Source: an uncultured Eubacteriales bacterium
Lineage (GTDB): Bacteria > Bacillota > Clostridia > TANB77 > UBA1234
Assembly: GCA_949283575.1 (NCBI GenBank)
Contig: CASDSU010000016.1
Location: forward strand, 130 to 64,129
Direction of reading: 5' to 3'
DNA length: 64,000 nucleotides
Part shown: one piece after another, positions 40,708 through 52,300 of the stretch
Layout: every line of letters begins with the position of its first letter
Numbering within the stretch: position 1 is the stretch's first letter
Made by a program: the position numbers and the translations under genes
Notes under the pieces: model-generated
Told to the model about the DNA's origin: nothing
Databases searched by the model: none
What the model saw: only the letters and a program-made list of their open reading frames with translations

Positions 40708-42432
40708 TTAGTGTGTTCCTTCTGTCTCGTAATCATTATTTGCTCTTAAACCTACTTGATATATTGCCATTGCTGCACCTTTTGTATCTGAAATTGTTGC
40801 TGTTTTTCCATTTGGTAATTTTATTGTTTTGTTTGCTATTCCTTTTGTCTTTAAGTCAAAGTAGAATCTATATCCTAACTTCATTCCTAGATTATATGCT
40901 TTTACTTGTCCTTGTTGTGCTAATGGTAACTCTTCATGAGTTTCTGTTTTATTTCCTGTTAATGATGGGCTTACTTTTCCCATAAATCCAGGATCATCAG
41001 TATCTCTTATTTGTAAATCATATATTCTACCTGCTACATATGTATCTATTGTTGTTCTAAGTATATATACATTTTTATCTGTATTTTTCTTAGCATCTGA
41101 CACACTCATTGGATTATTCTTTGCAGCTGTAAGCACTGCTTCATCACAGTTTTCTGAAACTATTAATATTTGAATTTCATTCTCACCTGTGTATTCCTTT
41201 GCATCTTCAACCCAAACAGGAACAACAAAGTGATATTTTTCAGCTCTTGCTGGAATATATTCATATAAGTTATACCATTCATTTGCTTTAAATAATGTCG
41301 AACCGTCTTGTGGCATTTCCATTCTCTTTGCTCCATCTTCATTGCTTTCACCACTTACTAGATATACGTCATATGGGAATTTAATCAATTTATATTCTGC
41401 AAATGCTGGTCCTACAGTTTTTTCTTCTGTCTCATCTGTATAATCTGATGCATTCATTATAACTGAGCCATTTGATTTATTAATTAACATTGCATTTTTC
41501 TTTGCACCTTCATCGTTTGCTAATAATCCGTTATAGTTATATTCTTTATTCTTATAACCTTTTTCACTATTGAAGTTTATTGAATTTTTGATTGTTATAT
41601 CTAATCCTTCATCTAGAACTACAACATTTGTTAAAGATGTAACTCCTGACATTAATTGATTCAATTTTTGATTAATTTTCACTGTTATGTCATTTACGAT
41701 TGGTGTGTGTACAAATATTGAATTAATTGAAAGACCAACTTTTGCAAGACCTCTTGTAGCTATAGATGTTTCATGATTTTCAGCCACATTTCCTAAAACT
41801 TCACTAGCAAGTAAATATGTTCCTGTTATTTTACTCTTGTATTCTTCATTTAACGCTTGCTCTTGAACAAACAATCCTTGATCTTTTATAAAGCTATATA
41901 TTGGTGCTCTGTCAAGTTCAAATGGTAGATAGTTTACATCTTCAGCCATAGCATGTGTAATTAAATTTAATCTATAACTATTACCTGTTAAAATTGTAAC
42001 CTCCGGTTGGCCATCTTCTTTTAAAATAGGTTTTGTTAAATAAATGTCTGTATTTCTTCTTAAAACTTCAAGCGCAACGCCTGGAGATGTAGTATTGAAT
42101 TGTTTATCTAAGTCTGCTTTCTTTGGTTTTACATCAGCTATTGTTGGAAGTACTATCGTATATACATTTCCATCAAAAGACATTCCATCCGCTGCATTTA
42201 CATTTATTCTTACTCTTTCTTCTTCTGTTGGCTCATAATAGTCAATGTATGGATTTTTCTTATCTACTGGCCAAGTTGCTTTTCCTTCCTCATAATCACT
42301 ATATGTTCCCGTATTTCTATTATAATCATGATAGAATTTTACGCCCTCGTTCTCAAATAACATTTCTTCTAAATCATAAAGTTCTGCTTTCAACACATCA
42401 TAATATTGATATGTCAATCCTACATTAAACAC
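40708..42432 (-). CDS. large conserved-hypothetical surface-associated protein, intact 574-aa 3' portion
   Basis: long stop-free ORF with no TM helix or signal peptide at its apparent start; continues upstream in shifted frames. Confidence 0.5.
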   Translation of the reverse strand: MFNVGLTYQYYDVLKAELYDLEEMLFENEGVKFYHDYNRNTGTYSDYEEGKATWPVDKKNPYIDYYEPTEEERVRINVNAADGMSFDGNVYTIVLPTIADVKPKKADLDKQFNTTSPGVALEVLRRNTDIYLTKPILKEDGQPEVTILTGNSYRLNLITHAMAEDVNYLPFELDRAPIYSFIKDQGLFVQEQALNEEYKSKITGTYLLASEVLGNVAENHETSIATRGLAKVGLSINSIFVHTPIVNDITVKINQKLNQLMSGVTSLTNVVVLDEGLDITIKNSINFNSEKGYKNKEYNYNGLLANDEGAKKNAMLINKSNGSVIMNASDYTDETEEKTVGPAFAEYKLIKFPYDVYLVSGESNEDGAKRMEMPQDGSTLFKANEWYNLYEYIPARAEKYHFVVPVWVEDAKEYTGENEIQILIVSENCDEAVLTAAKNNPMSVSDAKKNTDKNVYILRTTIDTYVAGRIYDLQIRDTDDPGFMGKVSPSLTGNKTETHEELPLAQQGQVKAYNLGMKLGYRFYFDLKTKGIANKTIKLPNGKTATISDTKGAAMAIYQVGLRANNDYETEGTH

Positions 42433-43100
42433 GTCAGTTCGTTTGGATGATTTGATATATAACTGCTATAGAATGGTTCACTAAGTTGTAATCTACTTGT
42501 GTCACCATAGATTGGTGCCCATTGTGTTGTTGTATCTGCTGTATATGTTTTTAACCAAATTTCATTTCCTTTTGAATATTCTGGTTTCCATGGATTATAT
42601 AAAGCTGCATCACTAAGCATTTTTTCTGCATCTATATATTTATAATCCATAACCCCTGCCCCTATTAATATTTCTCCTGGGAAGAAGAATTTATTTCTGT
42701 ACAAGTTGCACTTGATTTTAAATAAGTTGACGTTGTGCACTTCATTGTATACAAGTATGTATGTCCTCCATCGGTACCGGCATCATCAATAATTGCCGCC
42801 ATTGAAAAACTGTAAACTCCGCAGTACTGTCAGTATCAACATCATTAATACTACAATTTTTTTCTTCAACTATTTCACTTCTCTTATTTTGTGTATCTGT
42901 AAATAATAGTCGCCGCTTCTGCTCTTGTCATATTGTTATCTGGTCTAAATGTATTATCTTCTGGATAACCATTTATAATCCCTTCGTCTGTAAGCGTTGT
43001 TATGTAATTATAATTCCCTTCTATATACAATCATTCTAGAATATTCTATCATATCTGATGGTAAAGACACACAAAAAAAGCAAATATAATATTTTTGTAA
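42420..43100 (-). pseudogene. degraded 5' region of the same gene containing an S-layer-homology (SLH) domain remnant; at least 3-4 frameshifts
   Basis: minus-strand translation gives ...ITTLTDEGIINGYPEDNTFRPDNNMTRAEAATIIYRY (SLH signature) with no start codon, then switches frame at least three times before 42432. Confidence 0.55.
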
Positions 43101-43167
43101 CAAAACTTTTCCATATAAAAAAAGAAAGCGGGACGGTTCTTTTTTCTCAAAACCATCCCTGTACCCA

Positions 43168-44643
43168 TTATAAAATTATACAAATCAAACCGCCACTGCC
43201 TTCATTTATTATCTTTTCTAAAGTTTCTTGCAGCTTACATTGTGCATCTTCAGGCATCTTATGAAGTTTTGTTTGTAATCCCTCATTCACAAGTTCATGT
43301 AATGACTTTCCAAAAATATTCGAATTCCAAATTTGCTTTGGATCATCTTCAAATTCTTTCATTAAATAATTCACCAATTCTTCTGACTGCTTCTCACTTC
43401 CAACAACTGGCGATACTTCAGTTTCAATATCTGCTTTAACTATGTGAAGACTTGGTGCCTTCGCTCTTAATCTCACTCCAAATTTTGAACCTTGTTTTAC
43501 AATCTCTGGTTCCTCCAAAGTCAAATCATCTATACCAGGCGTCACAATTCCATAACCTTTTCTTTTAACATCATTTAATGCCATTTCAATTTTGTCATAA
43601 CTCTTCTTTTTTTGAGCAAGAGACGTTACTATTGAGAACAAATCTCCTTCTTCTTTTACTGGGATACCTGACATCTCACTAAGAATTTCATAAAACAATT
43701 TTTTGTCTATATCAACATTTGCCGAAGTTTTTCCAGCTCCAAGTTCTATTGCTTCAAATCTAATTCTGTCAATCATATCTTCCGCTTCTAATTCAGAACC
43801 TATGTTTTTTATTTGTCTTAAATTCTTTATTGATGAAAATTTTTCTCTAAACAATTTTATTAAATTTGATTTTAAAGGATGTTCTCTATCAAGCTCTTCG
43901 ACCCACTTTGGAAGTTCAATATCAATTTCATTAACAGGAAATTCATAAAGTAATCTACTCATTATTTCGTTAATATTATTTTCTGTTAAATTAGCACAAT
44001 CCAACGGCATAACTGGTGCATCATATTTTTCTTCTAACTCCCTACTTAGTCTAATTGAATTTTCAGATACCGGATTACTTGTGTTCAATATAACTATGTA
44101 CGGTTTATTTTTCTTTTTTAATTCTTCCGCTACGCGCTCTTCTGCTCTAACATAATCTTCACGAGAAAGTTCTGTTACACTACCATCTGTTGTAACCAAT
44201 ATTCCAATTGTTGAATGCTCTTCAATTACTTTTCGAGTGCCAATTTCGGCAGCTTCTTCAAATGGAATTTGTTTTTCACTCCACGGAGTATTCACCATTC
44301 TTGGAACATTTCCCTCAATATGCCCCAAAGCATTATTTACTAAATATCCCACACAATCAATCATGCGCATATTAAATCGTACATTATCAAGTAAGACTTC
44401 TACAGCTTCATTTGGAACAAATTTGGGCTCCGTTGTCATTATCATTCTGCCATTCGAACTTTGTGGCAACTCATCTTTTGCTCTTTCTCTTTTATACTCA
44501 TTACTAATATTAGGCAACACAGCCATGTTCATAAAATTCTTGATAAATGTAGACTTTCCCGTTCTCACAGGGCCAACAACTCCTATATATATGTCTCCAT
44601 TTGTTCTTGTAGCAATATCTTGATATATACCATAATTATCCAT
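43168..44643 (-). CDS. spoIVA: stage IV sporulation protein A
   Basis: 491 aa; Walker A GPVRTGKST and overall SpoIVA pattern. Confidence 0.9.
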   Translation of the reverse strand: MDNYGIYQDIATRTNGDIYIGVVGPVRTGKSTFIKNFMNMAVLPNISNEYKRERAKDELPQSSNGRMIMTTEPKFVPNEAVEVLLDNVRFNMRMIDCVGYLVNNALGHIEGNVPRMVNTPWSEKQIPFEEAAEIGTRKVIEEHSTIGILVTTDGSVTELSREDYVRAEERVAEELKKKNKPYIVILNTSNPVSENSIRLSRELEEKYDAPVMPLDCANLTENNINEIMSRLLYEFPVNEIDIELPKWVEELDREHPLKSNLIKLFREKFSSIKNLRQIKNIGSELEAEDMIDRIRFEAIELGAGKTSANVDIDKKLFYEILSEMSGIPVKEEGDLFSIVTSLAQKKKSYDKIEMALNDVKRKGYGIVTPGIDDLTLEEPEIVKQGSKFGVRLRAKAPSLHIVKADIETEVSPVVGSEKQSEELVNYLMKEFEDDPKQIWNSNIFGKSLHELVNEGLQTKLHKMPEDAQCKLQETLEKIINEGSGGLICIIL

Positions 44644-44682
44644 ATAAATCCTCCTTTAACTTTTCATGCCAAACTTAGTTAA

Positions 44683-44709
44683 TCTATATGTGATATACCT
44701 AAGAATATT
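44683..44709 (-). promoter_or_regulatory. candidate sigma-E promoter for spoIVA (GAATATT-14-CATATAGA)
   Basis: weak match to the mother-cell sigma-E consensus about 40 bp upstream of the spoIVA ATG. Confidence 0.25.
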
Positions 44710-44719
44710 CCTTATGCAT

Positions 44720-44748
44720 TTGACTTTTTTTACTATTTTTTGTATACT
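44720..44748 (+). promoter_or_regulatory. near-consensus sigma-A promoter TTGACT-17-TATACT driving the WG-repeat gene
   Basis: hexamers at 44720-44725 and 44743-44748, followed by RBS AAAGGAGG and the ATG at 44806. Confidence 0.5.
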
Positions 44749-44805
44749 CTTTGTGTGAAATTGACGTTTTTATCTTGCCTGCCCGCTATAAAAGGAGGTT
44801 ATGCT

Positions 44806-45234
44806 ATGGCTAAACTGCACGTCACGCCTACTTCTATTATTTTGGAACGTACTGATGGCCGGAAAATCGATCTCAGCTGTTTTGAAGCTGTCGGTCCCAT
44901 TTGCTGGGGGTACTTTTGGTACAAGCTTAATGGCAAATATGGTTTCATGGACGAAGAAGGTTCACCTATTTGCGGTCCCGTCTATATTTCCGTCGGCAAC
45001 TTTGACGTAAGCCTCCACGCACCGGTTGAAAGAGAATCAGGGCACGGCTTCATCAACCGAGGTGGCGTTGAAACCTGCAGGTGCATCTACGAAAAAGTCT
45101 GGTGGTACAATAATGGCTATGCTCGTGTGATGCGTGATGGCACCATCTACTATATCGACCGTATTGGTATGGAGCACCAGTTGCCTTATGCCAAGAAGAT
45201 GTGGCTTGAGCCTCGCGATAGGCGAATCTATTAA
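44806..45234 (+). CDS. WG/KWG-repeat small protein in an island of markedly higher GC
   Basis: 142 aa with KWG-like units (GKYGFMDEEGSPI, NGYARVMRDGTIYYIDRIGME); CDS is roughly half G+C, unlike the flanking AT-rich DNA. Confidence 0.6.
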   Translation: MAKLHVTPTSIILERTDGRKIDLSCFEAVGPICWGYFWYKLNGKYGFMDEEGSPICGPVYISVGNFDVSLHAPVERESGHGFINRGGVETCRCIYEKVWWYNNGYARVMRDGTIYYIDRIGMEHQLPYAKKMWLEPRDRRIY

Positions 45235-45272
45235 AAAAATGCACTTGGAGTTTTCTCCGAGTGCATTTTTTT
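45234..45272. terminator. bidirectional rho-independent terminator (GCACTTGGAG-TTTT-CTCCGAGTGC)
   Basis: 10-bp stem flanked by A-run and T-run immediately after the WG gene stop and before the GT4 gene stop. Confidence 0.65.
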
Positions 45273-45279
45273 ATATTTA

Positions 45280-46623
45280 TTATGCATTTCCTTTTACAAG
45301 TTTTTGTTTTAAAGGATTATGAATAGCATTAATTTCTTTATCTGTTGTATCTGGTGTAATAGTTGTATCTTTTCCATTAACCATTGTAGCAGTTCCTAAA
45401 CTTTCAGCTGTAGCAAGAGATTCAAGTTTAACCTTTGTCTTTTCTTCAGCTTTTGCAAGTTTGATAGACTCTTTATATACGTCCATTGTCTTTTTACTAA
45501 TTGTTTCCCAATTAAATTCTTTAACAACTTTTTCATGAGCTTTTGCTGCCATTTGAGCACATAGTTTCTCATCATATAAGCACTCTAAAATAGAATCCGC
45601 AAGTGAGTTTGGGTTTCCAGCATATGCCTTCATACCATCGATTCTATGAGAAACAATTTCATTCAATCCACCAGCATCAGAAACTACAGTAGCAGCTCCT
45701 GCAAGCATACCTTCTAAAGCAACTATTCCAAATGGTTCATATAAACTTGGGAATGTAGCAATATCAATAGCTTTATACATTTTTGTTATTTGAACATCAT
45801 TCAAATAACCTGTAAAATAAACTTTTTGCTCTAATCCTAAATAACTTGTTAAGCCTTTAAGCTCATCCATACATGGACCTCTACCAGCAATAACAAATTT
45901 AACATTTGGATAATTTGCTAAAATTTTTGGCGCTGCGTTTAAAAGAACTTGAATTCCTTTTTCATTAACAATTCTACCTGCAAAGAAAATTATCTTTTCA
46001 TAATCAGCAGCATAGTTTCTTCTGAATTCCCAATCTCTTTCTTTTCCATCAAATTTATTTACGTTTATTCCATTTGGAACAACATGAATATTTTCAACTG
46101 GTTTACCAAATAAATTTTTGATTTCATTTTTCATGTACATACTGTTACAAATTACATTTGAAGCTTCATAAGTAAGCATCCATTCAACATCATTTACATA
46201 ACCTTGTGATTGATTATGAATACCTCTGTTTCTTCCACTCTCAGTAGCATGAATAGTAGCAACAAGTGGTAATTTATAAGTTCTCTTAATTGCACGTGCT
46301 GCATATGCTACTAGCCAATCATGTGCGTGTAACACATTAAATTTTCCGTACTCCTTAATTACATCTGCTGCTTTCTCCATCATGCAAAAGTTAAGTTGCA
46401 TAACCCAATCAATAAAATTGTTAGCATTGATAGGATAATTAGTTACTCTGTGTACATACACATCTCCATCTCTTTCAAATTCTTTTGTGTCACCCTCTTG
46501 ATAAGTTATTACATGAACTTCATGACCTTGTTTTGTAAAAGTATGTGATAAGTCATGTACAACTCTTGCAATACCCCCAACAATTCTCGGTGGGTATTCC
46601 CATGAAAGCATCATTATTTTCAT
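45280..46623 (-). CDS. GT4-family glycogen (alpha-glucan) synthase
   Basis: about 448 aa from MKIMMLSWEYPP; GT-B fold motifs (EPFG...E). Confidence 0.7.
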   Translation of the reverse strand: MKIMMLSWEYPPRIVGGIARVVHDLSHTFTKQGHEVHVITYQEGDTKEFERDGDVYVHRVTNYPINANNFIDWVMQLNFCMMEKAADVIKEYGKFNVLHAHDWLVAYAARAIKRTYKLPLVATIHATESGRNRGIHNQSQGYVNDVEWMLTYEASNVICNSMYMKNEIKNLFGKPVENIHVVPNGINVNKFDGKERDWEFRRNYAADYEKIIFFAGRIVNEKGIQVLLNAAPKILANYPNVKFVIAGRGPCMDELKGLTSYLGLEQKVYFTGYLNDVQITKMYKAIDIATFPSLYEPFGIVALEGMLAGAATVVSDAGGLNEIVSHRIDGMKAYAGNPNSLADSILECLYDEKLCAQMAAKAHEKVVKEFNWETISKKTMDVYKESIKLAKAEEKTKVKLESLATAESLGTATMVNGKDTTITPDTTDKEINAIHNPLKQKLVKGNA

Positions 46624-46962
46624 TACAAAATCCCCTTTCATTTTTCGCTTGTTTCTTCATTTCTTGTTTCATCTTTTTTGTACTTCTAAACGAAATTTTT
46701 TTCTGACTTTAATTCAAAAACATTGTATATGAACGACCTAAAAAAGTAAATGCTTTTTTAAAAAATAAATGAACAATGGGACGTGTCATTTGTCCATAAA
46801 AAATTTTTAAAAATTTTTTTCTTTATCTTGCTATTTATATTTTTTTAATATATCATTTATTAGTAGTAATTTTATATTGCAAATTTTAACTTTTGCATAA
46901 GATAAATTTCTGGTGAATGTTGCACTTTGCATTCATTAAGATTGTTAAGGAGGCTGTAAAAG

Positions 46963-47622
46963 GTGTATTTACCAAAGACAGAGTATTATGAATTGCCAAA
47001 TAAATATAATAAAACTATCGTGCGCCTTCTTGTTCAGTCACCAACAAGGATGTATGTGTATTGGGAAGTTGATGATGATTCCATTAAATATTTTGAATCA
47101 AAAAAGTCAGATTATTCTTCTGCACGTCCTGTTTTAAAAATAAAAAATCTTACAATGAATTATTCTTATGATATTGCTGTTGATCCTTTTACTACAAATT
47201 ATTACATTGATGTAAAAGATCCTGATTGTGAATATCAAGTCGAACTTGGTAGAGTTCAAAATGATGAATTTGTAAATTTATATACTTCTAACTCAGCAAG
47301 AATTCCACGCAGTAATCCAGTTTATGTGGGAAATTCTGAAGAAGTAATTTATAGAAATTACATCAGACTTGATATGACTGATAAATTCACAATTTATCAC
47401 AACAAGAGAAATTATAACATCGATGGCTCTAATCCTCAGGATTATACAAAATTATCATTGTCTACAGATTTCTTTACCGGTGCCAATGAACAAGGAACTA
47501 TTATTAATGAAGGTTCTTTCTCGAGATACGAAAACGGCATTAGTTCTATGGAAAATATCAGTTCATTTAATAAATACGAAGATAATATTTCATCATATTC
47601 TAGATATGATGAAATTAAGTAA
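46963..47622 (+). CDS. DUF4912-family protein (GH57-cluster associated)
   Basis: 219 aa, GTG start after RBS AAGGAGG; sits next to the GH57 enzyme as is typical for this family. Confidence 0.55.
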   Translation: MYLPKTEYYELPNKYNKTIVRLLVQSPTRMYVYWEVDDDSIKYFESKKSDYSSARPVLKIKNLTMNYSYDIAVDPFTTNYYIDVKDPDCEYQVELGRVQNDEFVNLYTSNSARIPRSNPVYVGNSEEVIYRNYIRLDMTDKFTIYHNKRNYNIDGSNPQDYTKLSLSTDFFTGANEQGTIINEGSFSRYENGISSMENISSFNKYEDNISSYSRYDEIK

Positions 47623-47696
47623 CGACGTGAGCCACATTTATTCTCACGTCATTTTTTTAACATATATTTAAAATCTACTATTATTTATGGAAAGGA

Positions 47697-49289
47697 TTGT
47701 ATTTAATGAAAGAAAAAGGTTATTTAAATCTCGTTTTGCATGCACATCTACCATACGTTAGACATCCAGAAACTGATACTTATATTGAAGAAAGATGGCT
47801 GTTCGAAGCAATTTCCGAGACATATTTACCACTTTTAATTAATTATGAAAAACTTGTTAACGAAGGTGTTGAATTCAGAGTTACCATGAATATCACCGCT
47901 CCACTTATCACGATGCTTACAGATAAGTTGTTGCAAGAAAGATATTTAAGATATCTTCTTGAAAGAATTAGACTTGCAGGTAAAGAAATTAAAAGAACTC
48001 AACATGATAAACCATTAAATGATTTGGCTAAAATGTATTTTTATCAATTTAAAGAATTTTACAAAGTTTATAAGCGTAAATATAATTGTAATTTAGTTGA
48101 AGCATTTAAACACTTTCAAGATATTGGCGTTTTAGAAATTATTGCATGTCCTGCAACTCACGGTTTTCTTCCTCTCTTAAATGTTGTTCCTTCTGCAGCA
48201 CGTGCTCAAATTGCTGTTGGTGTTGAAATGTATAAAAAACATTTCGGAAGACAACCTCGTGGAATGTGGCTTTCTGAATGTGCTTATGTTCCAGAAGTTG
48301 AACCTTATCTTAGAGAATTTGGAATTAAGTATGTTCTTCTTGAAACTCACGGTATAACCTATGCAAATCCAAAACCTCTTTATGGAACAGTTGCACCAAT
48401 TATTTCGCCTAACGGTCTCGTTGCTTTTGGACGTGATATGGAGAGTTCAAAACAAGTTTGGAGTTCAATTTGTGGATACCCTGGTGATCCAAACTATAGA
48501 GAATTCTATAAAGATATAGGTTACGAAGCAGATTGGGATTACATTAAACCATATGTATCAAAATCAGGGCATCGTGTTGATACAGGAATTAAATATCATA
48601 AAATCACGGGCAAAAATTGCAACAAAGAATATTACAATGATAGTAATGCAAAAGCTGTAGCAGAAATGCAAGCAGATCACTTTGTTGCTTCAAGAATAGC
48701 GCAAATAAATAACGTTGCACCAAAAATGAAAAATCCGCCTATAATCACATGTCCTTACGATGCAGAACTTTATGGACACTGGTGGTATGAAGGTCCATAT
48801 TGGCTATATGTTTTATTTAAGAAAATTTATTATAATCAAGATACATTCAAATTAATCACACCAAGTGAATACTTAGAAAAATATCCTAACATTCAAGAAT
48901 GTGCGCCTGCAATTTCAACATGGGGAGCACATGGATATAATGAAGTTTGGCTAAATCCTGGTAATGACTATATGTACAGACATTTAAACAACATTGCTGA
49001 AAGAATGCATTACCTAGCCACAATTTATCAAAATCCACACCCAATTCAAAAACGTGCACTTAATCAATGTGCTCGTGAACTATTACTTGCACAAAGTAGC
49101 GACTGGCCATTTATCATAACATCCAATACGATGGTTGACTACGCACACAAGCGAGTACGTGATCATGTCGGTAGATTCAATGCCTTGGCAGACATGATAG
49201 ATAAAAACCAAATCGATGAACCATACTTAGAAGATATTGAGTATAAAGACTTAATCTTCCCAGACATCGATTATAAAATATATATATAA
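47697..49289 (+). CDS. GH57-family 1,4-alpha-glucan branching enzyme
   Basis: 530 aa; GH57 catalytic region pattern (HLP, WLxECAY, HG) and C-terminal helical domain. Confidence 0.8.
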   Translation: MYLMKEKGYLNLVLHAHLPYVRHPETDTYIEERWLFEAISETYLPLLINYEKLVNEGVEFRVTMNITAPLITMLTDKLLQERYLRYLLERIRLAGKEIKRTQHDKPLNDLAKMYFYQFKEFYKVYKRKYNCNLVEAFKHFQDIGVLEIIACPATHGFLPLLNVVPSAARAQIAVGVEMYKKHFGRQPRGMWLSECAYVPEVEPYLREFGIKYVLLETHGITYANPKPLYGTVAPIISPNGLVAFGRDMESSKQVWSSICGYPGDPNYREFYKDIGYEADWDYIKPYVSKSGHRVDTGIKYHKITGKNCNKEYYNDSNAKAVAEMQADHFVASRIAQINNVAPKMKNPPIITCPYDAELYGHWWYEGPYWLYVLFKKIYYNQDTFKLITPSEYLEKYPNIQECAPAISTWGAHGYNEVWLNPGNDYMYRHLNNIAERMHYLATIYQNPHPIQKRALNQCARELLLAQSSDWPFIITSNTMVDYAHKRVRDHVGRFNALADMIDKNQIDEPYLEDIEYKDLIFPDIDYKIYI

Positions 49290-49333
49290 AAAGAAAGAAC
49301 CGTCCTTGAAAATTTGGATGGTTCTTTTATATT

Positions 49334-52300
49334 TTATCCTACTATTTCTTTGTATAGTTTTGTAGCTGTCTTTCTCGTCTTTCCATCTGCTATTTTATTA
49401 ATTGCATTTTGCACTGTTGTTAATTGTTGAGAACTTAATAATTTCATTAATGCATCAAGCTCATTTCTTTGAGCTAAAGAAAGATTCATACACTTATTAA
49501 ATAATTTTATTGCTTGATTTGGTAGCATGTTCGTGACACTTACAATAACTTCACGTGACATCTTCGCTTTACTTTCTTCATTTTTAAAGTACTCATCTTT
49601 AATCAAAGATCTAGCTCTGTAATAATTATCTAGCATTACTTTTTCATATGTTAATATAACTTTTAATCTTAAAAGTTCATTTGTTGGATGCTTAGCTTCA
49701 GCTATTTTCTGATTAATACATTCTAAACCTTTATCATTCTTGCCTCTTTCAATAATATAAGTAACCTCTTCAATATCCGTTACATTTTTATTTACGAAAT
49801 AGTCTGCAAATAAAATCGCTTTCTTTTGTTCTAAGAAGTTAAAATCTTTATCGCCCATTTCAGAAGATGTTATTGCTTCAAATATCTTAAGAATCTTATT
49901 TCCTGTTTTATCTTCTTCAATTAAATCTGCAAGTCCACTATTAACAGTTTCTTTCTCATCATGAATTAACTTATCAAGTTTACCAACCAAATTAAATTCA
50001 TCTAAGTTTCCAGTGTGTTCTAACGCTTCATGCAGTAATTTAACAATATTAGTATTGTAATCATTCAACTTATTGATTACACCTTTTTGTGCATTTGTCA
50101 ATTTCATACTTCTCTCTAACATTTGTAAGTACTGATCTGTAAACGCAACTGTTTCTTCTGTAGACATTTCTGCTTTCTTCTTATCTTCCTCTTCTTCTTT
50201 CTTCTTTTTCTCAGCTTCTTCTTTTTCTACTTCAGCAACTAAATCTTTATCTATAAAGCGTGATATATCAGGATTAAATTTCTTGGTTGCATCTTCTTTC
50301 TTAGCAGAGTCATCTGTAGTAAAATACTGAATTATTACATTTTCCTCAGCATTTTCAGAAACTATGATATCACTTGGACTATTAAATGCATATCTCCAAA
50401 TGTTGTTATTATTATCATAGATAACTTTTGTTACAGGTACAGGAACATATTTACTACCAACTTGTTGTTTTGTCTTTACATCATCTTTCAAAGCCTTACC
50501 ATCAGTCGTTTGGATTTTAATAATAGTCATTGCCTTCTTTTCTTGATATACAATATTAATAATATTATTGATACTTCCAACAGTAAGTTTTACAGGATCT
50601 GTCATCATATATACCCATTTTCTATTTTGTGAATCTTCTATCTCATTTTCAACTTCCGGAATAAATTCACTACCAACTTCTAAATGGAACAACTTAGCTT
50701 CACGAATTGTATTTCCATCCATATCTTTATATCTAACAGAAATCTCTGCTTTCGCAACTTCATAAACCATCGTTATTTGGTTTTGACGAACATCATCCAT
50801 AACTCTAATTGGATCAATTTTATCATTGATAAGTTCCCACTGAATACCTTTTCTATCAGTAATATACTGAATTGGTGATGGTGCAAACATAGTACCAACC
50901 TGCATTTGCTTAATTTCATCATCTCTTAACTTATTACCATCGATATCTTTGAAAATAATTCTAGCCTCACTGAAAGAAGATTCATAAGTAATTTCGAAAA
51001 CATTTATATCATTATTTTCTTCTTTTCCAAGTGGAATTTCTTTTACTTTTATTGAAGCCGGTTCAACCTTAACAAATTTATACAATTTTGATTCATCATC
51101 TGTTATAGTCTGCTCTACCGGAGCTTTATATTCACTACCTAATTGAGCTTTAATAATTTTATTTGGCAAAATCGTATTTCCATTTAAAGTAATAAATTTT
51201 AATACAACATCAACTTTAAGTGGCATATATACAATTTCAACAATATTATTAGCTTCATTATCATCAACTTTAACTTCATCAAGGCTCTTTGCTTTGTATT
51301 CCCAAACTCTGCCATCACTACTTTCAACAATATTTTCAGGATCAACTCTATGAACACTACCAATTTGTGCAAGTTGTTTCTTCTCATCCTTCAACACATT
51401 GTTATCTTCATCAAGGTATTTATAAATAACAGTAGATTTTTGTTCTTCATATGCAAGATTTATAATATTTTTTCCAGGATCCCTATTAATCCTAATAGTC
51501 GATTTACTATTAGGGTTATAAACCCATTTAATATTAGCCCCATCAACGATATTCTTAATAATTTCTGGTGTATAATTAGAACCAATTTGCGCTTCTGTAA
51601 CCATTTGCATCTTTATATCAGTACCCATTGGATCTTTATACTTAACTGTAACTTTATTCATCGAAGGTTTATAATGCAATTTAATCAAGTTCTTTCCTGC
51701 AGCTTCACTAATAACAATCGGTTCAATCCTTTTTGTCATTGTGAAAATCTTATTTTCTACTTTAGCTGCATATACCCATTCTTTACCTTCTTTATCCTCA
51801 ATAAAATCTTCAATCTCTGGCATAAATGATGTACCAACTTGATGTTTAGTAACAGTTGGTTCAATAACAGCATTATTACTGTCATCAATAAATTGAACAA
51901 TTGCATCTACCATATATTTGTCATAACTTATATTTACAATATTTTCAGTTGGATTTCTATTAACCTTAAACTTAGGAATTAAATCTTCTCTAAGTTCCCA
52001 ACCTAAAGATTTTGTATCTATTATTACATCCATTGGTTTAGCAATATATATGCTACCAATTTGCGCTTTTACAATTTGCGGTTCTTTAATAGTTTGAAGA
52101 CCAGCTCCAAAGAAACAAAGTTTTAAATCAACCATTTCTTTCTTATATGTCACATTAACAACATTTTTCTCTGCTTCTTCTTGGACAGTTATTTTTTCAC
52201 GATCTACGCTTCCAAAGATCCACGCTTTACCTTCTTTATCTTCAAAATTTTTCTCAATCGTTACAGCAAAAACTGTACCAATTTGATACTTACCAATTAT

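Noticed and set aside
44740-45234. Longer 164-aa version of the WG-repeat ORF starting at 44740
   Set aside because: The first 22 codons would be translated from promoter sequence and lack an RBS; AAAGGAGG precedes the ATG at 44806 at ideal spacing
43168-45280. Prophage or integrative element carrying the high-GC WG gene
   Set aside because: No integrase, recombinase, transposase or flanking direct repeats; the island is only about 550 bp
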